A stretch of DNA of 42,298 nucleotides from Candidatus Babeliales bacterium. GTDB taxonomy: Bacteria > Babelota > Babeliae > Babelales > JABCYS01. The stretch spans positions 128,866 through 171,163 of the forward strand of contig JAFGJD010000004.1 in NCBI GenBank assembly GCA_016929235.1. Reading direction: 5' to 3'. This document shows positions 37,534-42,298 of this stretch, piece after piece (the first letter of the stretch is position 1; every line of letters begins with the position of its first letter). The notes beneath the pieces were generated by a model. The model saw only the letters and a list, made by a program, of their open reading frames with translations, did no database searches and was not told where the DNA came from. Both the position numbers and the translations under genes were made by a program.

Positions 37534-39102
37534 ATGAGCAATGTACTGCATAAAAATTCAATTGTGCAAAAGACGATGGAAGTGGCCGGATCTACGTTGT
37601 TAAGTCGAGTCTTAGGCCTAGCGCGGAGTGTGCTTCTTGTGCGATATTTGGGGGCAGATGTTGTTGGTGAAGCCTTCCGTGCGGCGTACAAATTACCCAA
37701 TATGCTTAGACAGATTTTTGCAGAGGGAGCATTAAGTGCTGCGGTCGTTCCTACCTTTGTTGCAAACCTTAAACGCGGGGATAACAAGGAAAAGCTCGGC
37801 AGCTTAATGTCATTATCATTTTTAGTCTTTGAGGGGACTGTATTATTGCTCTGTGTTCTTGCCATGTGGAAGGCGCAGTGGGTAGTGCATTTTTTTGCAC
37901 CCGGATTCCCCGAGGCGAAGATGGAGATTGCGATTCGGCTCTTTCGCATCTTGATGCCGTTTATTTTTTTTATTTCCAGCAGTGCGTTGCTTGCAGGTGC
38001 GTTGCAGTCGCTACATCATTTCTGGGTTCCAGCTCTATCGCCGGCATGGCTTAATGTGGTCTTTATTACTGCGCTTTTGTGCGGCATTTATGCAGGGTAT
38101 TCAGTTGAATTCTTATGTGGTGCGATTCTATTTGGAGGATTTATTCAATTGCTGGCCCATGTAGTGGTGTATTTCCGCTTAGGAATGGGTTTTTCTGGAA
38201 TAACAGATTACGCTTTGAAGAGTTTTAAAACTCTTCTCGCTAAATTTGTTCCTGCGATGTTGGGAATGAGCGTCTTGCAGTTCAGTGTTATCGTAGATAG
38301 TCGTTTTGCTTCATATTTACCTCATGCGTATACCTTAATGGAGATTGCTTCAGGATTTTTAAGAATACCCGTTGGTGTCTTTGCGGTTGCGTTTTCAACC
38401 ATTCTTTTGCCACATTTTTCTAGAGTGCAGACCTATGCCCCTAAGCGTCTTAGTTTTTACCTACTAGAGTCTACGAAATTGGTTTTCTGGGTTACGGTTC
38501 CAACCGCAATATTATTGAGCTTCTTCTCTGAGAAGATTTTTGTGACGCTGTACTTGTCAAAAAAATTTCCCATGGAGTTGGTCATGGAGGCAAAATATAT
38601 TCTGTCAGCATTCTTGCTTGGGTTGTTCTTTTTGTCACTCAATAAGATTTTGATGAATATTTTTTATTCACTTCATCAGCAATGGATTCCTGCGATTGTG
38701 GTGGTATGTGGTACGTGTGTGAATTATGCATTGAATATGTTGATGGTTGGGACATGGAAAGCGACTGGTCTTGCTCTGGCAACATCAGCATCTGTTGCTG
38801 TGCAGGCCCTCCTCTTTTTCATTATCTTGAAATATGGATTTAACTTTAAACTATACTTAGGTGTACTGCTTTCATTTTGTGTCCGTTACATCGTACAGGT
38901 AACTATTGTGTTTGGGCTCTTTTATGGGGTATACATCGGTATAGTTGGTTGGATTGCTTACTTTATTCCTCAGGCAGAGATGCTTCTTACAAAGACTCTG
39001 TGTGTATGGGTTTGGGTCGCTCCGTTATGTGGTGCCGCAATGTATGTGCTTTATAGAACACGGACATGGTTTAGGGTAAGGATTCATTTCCTTAATAGTT
39101 AG
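37534..39102 (+). CDS. murJ: Lipid II flippase MurJ
   Basis: TLLSRVLGLAR, LPNMLRQIFAEGALSAAVVP, many TMs, GLALATS. Confidence 0.96.
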   Translation: MSNVLHKNSIVQKTMEVAGSTLLSRVLGLARSVLLVRYLGADVVGEAFRAAYKLPNMLRQIFAEGALSAAVVPTFVANLKRGDNKEKLGSLMSLSFLVFEGTVLLLCVLAMWKAQWVVHFFAPGFPEAKMEIAIRLFRILMPFIFFISSSALLAGALQSLHHFWVPALSPAWLNVVFITALLCGIYAGYSVEFLCGAILFGGFIQLLAHVVVYFRLGMGFSGITDYALKSFKTLLAKFVPAMLGMSVLQFSVIVDSRFASYLPHAYTLMEIASGFLRIPVGVFAVAFSTILLPHFSRVQTYAPKRLSFYLLESTKLVFWVTVPTAILLSFFSEKIFVTLYLSKKFPMELVMEAKYILSAFLLGLFFLSLNKILMNIFYSLHQQWIPAIVVVCGTCVNYALNMLMVGTWKATGLALATSASVAVQALLFFIILKYGFNFKLYLGVLLSFCVRYIVQVTIVFGLFYGVYIGIVGWIAYFIPQAEMLLTKTLCVWVWVAPLCGAAMYVLYRTRTWFRVRIHFLNS

Positions 39103-39160
39103 GATCTTGCAGGGGAAAGATTCCTTTTACAAATGGTTGTTATAATTACAAGGAGGTTTT

Positions 39161-39592
39161 GTGAGAGAGCAATATTCTGCGGGTATTGTGGTCTTTCGCC
39201 AAATGGACGGTGAAAGAGAGTATCTGTTACTTCATCATGGTGGAGGTCACTGGGATTTTCCTAAAGGCAAAATGGAGCCAGGAGAGTCCAAGCGCGAGAC
39301 AGCTCTTCGTGAGCTCAAAGAAGAGGCAAATATCACAGCTGAAATTCTCGACGGTTTTGAACAGAATCTATCCTATTATTTCAGCGCTCCAGATGGGGAG
39401 CGGATTCATAAAACGGTCTACTTTTTTGTAGGAGAAGCAGGCAGTCGTGCCGTCGTGTCCATCTCTAATGAACACCAAGATTTTATTTGGCTTTCATATG
39501 CCGATGCGATTCAGAAGGTTACCTATAAGAATGCAGAGCAGATCTTAATGTATGCCGATGCTTTCTTGGAGGCTCGGAACAGATATTCCTAG
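39161..39592 (+). CDS. Nudix hydrolase, Ap4A hydrolase-like
   Basis: SAG, YLLL, HWDFPKG, Nudix box GESKRETALRELKEE, SNEHQDFIW. AGGAGG RBS and TGnTATAAT upstream. Confidence 0.92.
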   Translation: MREQYSAGIVVFRQMDGEREYLLLHHGGGHWDFPKGKMEPGESKRETALRELKEEANITAEILDGFEQNLSYYFSAPDGERIHKTVYFFVGEAGSRAVVSISNEHQDFIWLSYADAIQKVTYKNAEQILMYADAFLEARNRYS

Positions 39593-39624
39593 ACAAGACT
39601 AATCGTGTAATAAGGGGGGGAATT

Positions 39625-39701
<77 letters not shown>

Positions 39702-39725
39702 TCATTTCAATCATTAGTGCTATTG

Positions 39726-39753
39726 AGTGTAGGTTAAATAAGAGCTTTGTCAA
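39726..39753 (-). promoter_or_regulatory. tRNA promoter overlapping the acpS 3' end
   Basis: TTGACA-16 bp-TACACT; 16-bp spacing is typical of stable-RNA promoters. Confidence 0.7.
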
Positions 39754-40156
39754 CGAAGGCTAAGAGCGGGTTGGCTCTTTCTGAGCTGTCTAGTATAACG
39801 ATTGCCGATGCAATGGTGCGACTGTGTGTGAGGCTGATAGATATGGTAGGAGATCCAAGCTTCCTATAATAGGAATCTAAGATAGTCATACGTGCTTGAC
39901 CGTGGTGATCGTGGTGTACGTTGCTCATCTTACACAGATGCAGAAACGAAATTGAAGCAACAGTATTAGCTGCTTTAAAAAGTGCTTCTTTCGCTGCGAA
40001 TCTTACTGCAAATCGCTCAGCTGAAGTGGTTTGGTATTGGAGACAATAGTCGATTTCCTCTTTCGAGAAAATACGAGCAAGTTGTTTACGTTTATACGTG
40101 TGCCACTTTTCAAAGCGTTCGATTTCTACTGTGTCTAAACCTAGCCCAATGATCAC
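39734..40156 (-). CDS. acpS: Holo-ACP synthase
   Basis: IGLGLDTVEIERF, IFSKEE, FAVRFAAKEALFKA, ISLTH. Confidence 0.95.
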   Translation of the reverse strand: MIIGLGLDTVEIERFEKWHTYKRKQLARIFSKEEIDYCLQYQTTSAERFAVRFAAKEALFKAANTVASISFLHLCKMSNVHHDHHGQARMTILDSYYRKLGSPTISISLTHSRTIASAIVILDSSERANPLLAFVDKALI

Positions 40157-40316
40157 AGGTAACCTTTTGATAAGCGTTTAATTGTAAATACACTTTAATA
40201 AAATAGTACTCAAATCAAAAGACAATCCTGAAGATTAGCTGGTTTTTAAATCGCAGCACATACAATTTGAGAAGTATGATTGAAGTATCTCGTAGGAATG
40301 TCTCTAAGGAGTCCAG

Positions 40317-40778
40317 ATGCACGGTGTTACTACTCTCAGGATGATGACAGTTTTGGTGCTACTTAGTTTTTCACGAGATGCTTTAGCTCAGTATATTTGG
40401 GTGCAAGAGCGTACGAGGCGCTTTAATTATTTGACAGAGCGTTATGAGGCACGAGTCGTGGACCGGACGGAGCCTCATCCAAGTGTTCTTACAGAGCCGG
40501 GGGGGACAGAAGCGGGTCTTAAGTTTTTCTACCTTATATCGTGTGTTAGTGTACTTGCTTGTTGTTATAAGGGAGCGGTTGCCTGGATATCTTGTTTAGC
40601 CGGAAGAGCATACAATGCATGTGAACTTTGTACTATTCCCTTCTGCTGCTGTTTATGTTGTTGTCTTCTTTGTAGACATGAAAAATGCCAAAAATGTTGC
40701 GAAAGACTTCAAAATTCTTCAAGTGGAGAAGAGCGACTTTTGGACCATGGAGTATCACCACAGGTGTCGGATGTGTAA
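40317..40778 (+). CDS. Cys-rich membrane protein with signal peptide
   Basis: AAGGAG RBS, signal peptide ending ALA, TM segment, 16 Cys including CCCLCCCLLC. Confidence 0.72.
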   Translation: MHGVTTLRMMTVLVLLSFSRDALAQYIWVQERTRRFNYLTERYEARVVDRTEPHPSVLTEPGGTEAGLKFFYLISCVSVLACCYKGAVAWISCLAGRAYNACELCTIPFCCCLCCCLLCRHEKCQKCCERLQNSSSGEERLLDHGVSPQVSDV

Positions 40779-40962
40779 TAGTGTGACCATTTTCCAAAGT
40801 GATATTCAGAGCCATATTGTGTTTTAGGGTCGTTTCTATCGATGGACTCTGAATGATTATAGTCTTTTGATCACTGGTACTTTTTCAAAATTTGCATACA
40901 CTAATTGGCCTAATTATCAGGAGTGTATATTCATCGGATTGTTCTCGAAAAGGATGTATTGT

Positions 40963-42298
40963 ATGAGGTTGGGAACATGGTCCTCTTTTTGTAGCGCCTT
41001 GCTTTTTTCACTTTCACTCCATGCTGCAGTGAAAATTTCGGGTGATGGAACTGATACAAGTTTTACGTTCACCATAGGATCTCATGCCTATGATCTTGTG
41101 GGAGATCTCTTTTATATTGGAGCAGGAACAGCTGTCACTGGTAACACGTATGCCATTGCACAAGCTCCATCAAAAACAAACGATGGCGACCCTGGTTTTT
41201 TTTCGCCAATTACTCCTGCGACAGGAACTGTGAATGGGGTGAATGGTCAAGTTAATCCATTGTATGCGCAGAAAATCCCATATTTAGGGCTTTCTACTTA
41301 TAGGCCATATAGACCGTTTGCCGTTACGGCTAGTGCACCTAGACAAGTGCATTTTATGAGCGCTATCTCAACGAATGCTTCGGAAGCAGAGTTGCTTTCA
41401 ACTCCAATAGTTAGTGATGCCGGAGGAAATGAGACTGATGGTATTGTGGCATTATGTGCGGGACATTACGGAACAACTAATAACGAAAATCAATATTGTT
41501 TTGTAGCAGTGAAGCCTAACGGTGGAAGTTTTGGAGAGGCAGATGGGGGTATTGCCGCAATCAAGCTTTCGACAACATATCTCGATGTGCTGAATGCGAA
41601 TACAGGCATATCACAAGATAATATTGCGCGCGAACTAGATACAACTGCGACTGTTCTTAGAATTTCTGAAGATCTTTCATCAATACAAGCTAATACAGTT
41701 GATATGCATTTTAATACTGATTTGCAGAGACTGTATGTTGCCTTACAAGTCACTGGTAGCACTAAGTCGACAGCTGGTGTGCGCGCAGTGACTGTGGGTC
41801 GTATGAATAATGATATTCTTACATTCGATCCAATTGGACTTGATGCGGTATTTGCAAATGAGGACAAGATTGTTGGAGGGATAGGATCGAGCGCTCAGGT
41901 ATCTATACATAAAGTGAGGACGTTAAAAACATCTACGCATTTGCACTACTTGATTATAGTTGGTGGAAATGGTGCGCCGTCAGCAACAGGGAATACGGTA
42001 TATGCATTGCCGCTTGTTAATAAAAAGCCTGCTGGTATTGGGACGACTGATACTGCACTGGCCGAGGCACTGACAAATCCAGAACACGGAACGCTTGCAT
42101 TGAATTCAAGCGATATTACTGAGAAATATGCCATGAACGGCGTTTTTGTTGATCGTGGATTTACTACAACGGTTCAAAATGCTTCAGACATGTTGACTAC
42201 GACGAGTACTGCGGCGCAAGTTGGTGGTGGCGCATTGCCGTTGGCCGCAAGTCAAACGGTTTCTGATATTGTTGCTCGTCGAGATATAGTGATGGTGA
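40963..42298 (+). CDS. Large secreted beta-rich protein (3'-truncated; absent from ORF track)
   Basis: AAGGA RBS, then ATG 40963 MRLGTWSSFCSALLFSLSLHA-AVKISG. Frame open for 445 codons to the window end; Gly/Thr/Ala-rich beta-strand pattern. Confidence 0.9.
   Translation, partial: MRLGTWSSFCSALLFSLSLHAAVKISGDGTDTSFTFTIGSHAYDLVGDLFYIGAGTAVTGNTYAIAQAPSKTNDGDPGFFSPITPATGTVNGVNGQVNPLYAQKIPYLGLSTYRPYRPFAVTASAPRQVHFMSAISTNASEAELLSTPIVSDAGGNETDGIVALCAGHYGTTNNENQYCFVAVKPNGGSFGEADGGIAAIKLSTTYLDVLNANTGISQDNIARELDTTATVLRISEDLSSIQANTVDMHFNTDLQRLYVALQVTGSTKSTAGVRAVTVGRMNNDILTFDPIGLDAVFANEDKIVGGIGSSAQVSIHKVRTLKTSTHLHYLIIVGGNGAPSATGNTVYALPLVNKKPAGIGTTDTALAEALTNPEHGTLALNSSDITEKYAMNGVFVDRGFTTTVQNASDMLTTTSTAAQVGGGALPLAASQTVSDIVARRDIVMV

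Overview
Compact, gene-dense bacterial chromosome segment. Gene style and content suggest a host-associated diderm, possibly Babeliae/Dependentiae (TM6); this assignment is inference only. Housekeeping genes: partial eno, tpiA, secG, mlaE/mlaF, HhH-less uvrC, atpD plus a short atpC, lon, lolD-like, murJ, an Ap4A-type Nudix, initiator tRNA-Met and acpS. Envelope and secretion functions are enriched. A type II secretion operon has two full-length GspD secretins (gspC-gspD-gspL-gspM-gspD), and a pilO/P/Q-like cluster adds a third secretin. The best candidate for a new system is a three-gene operon of exported proteins (15808-22792, minus strand). Two of them look paralogous and share an RNExVxxQ motif, then an amphipathic/hydrophobic segment, a coiled coil and a lectin-like beta-sandwich. 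This suggests a protease-activated, multi-component pore-forming or translocon complex. Also found: a candidate ~105-nt sRNA with its own promoter and terminator behind pilQ, a Cys-rich membrane protein, and a large secreted ORF missing from the ORF track that runs off the right edge. No CRISPR array, transposase or integrase was seen.
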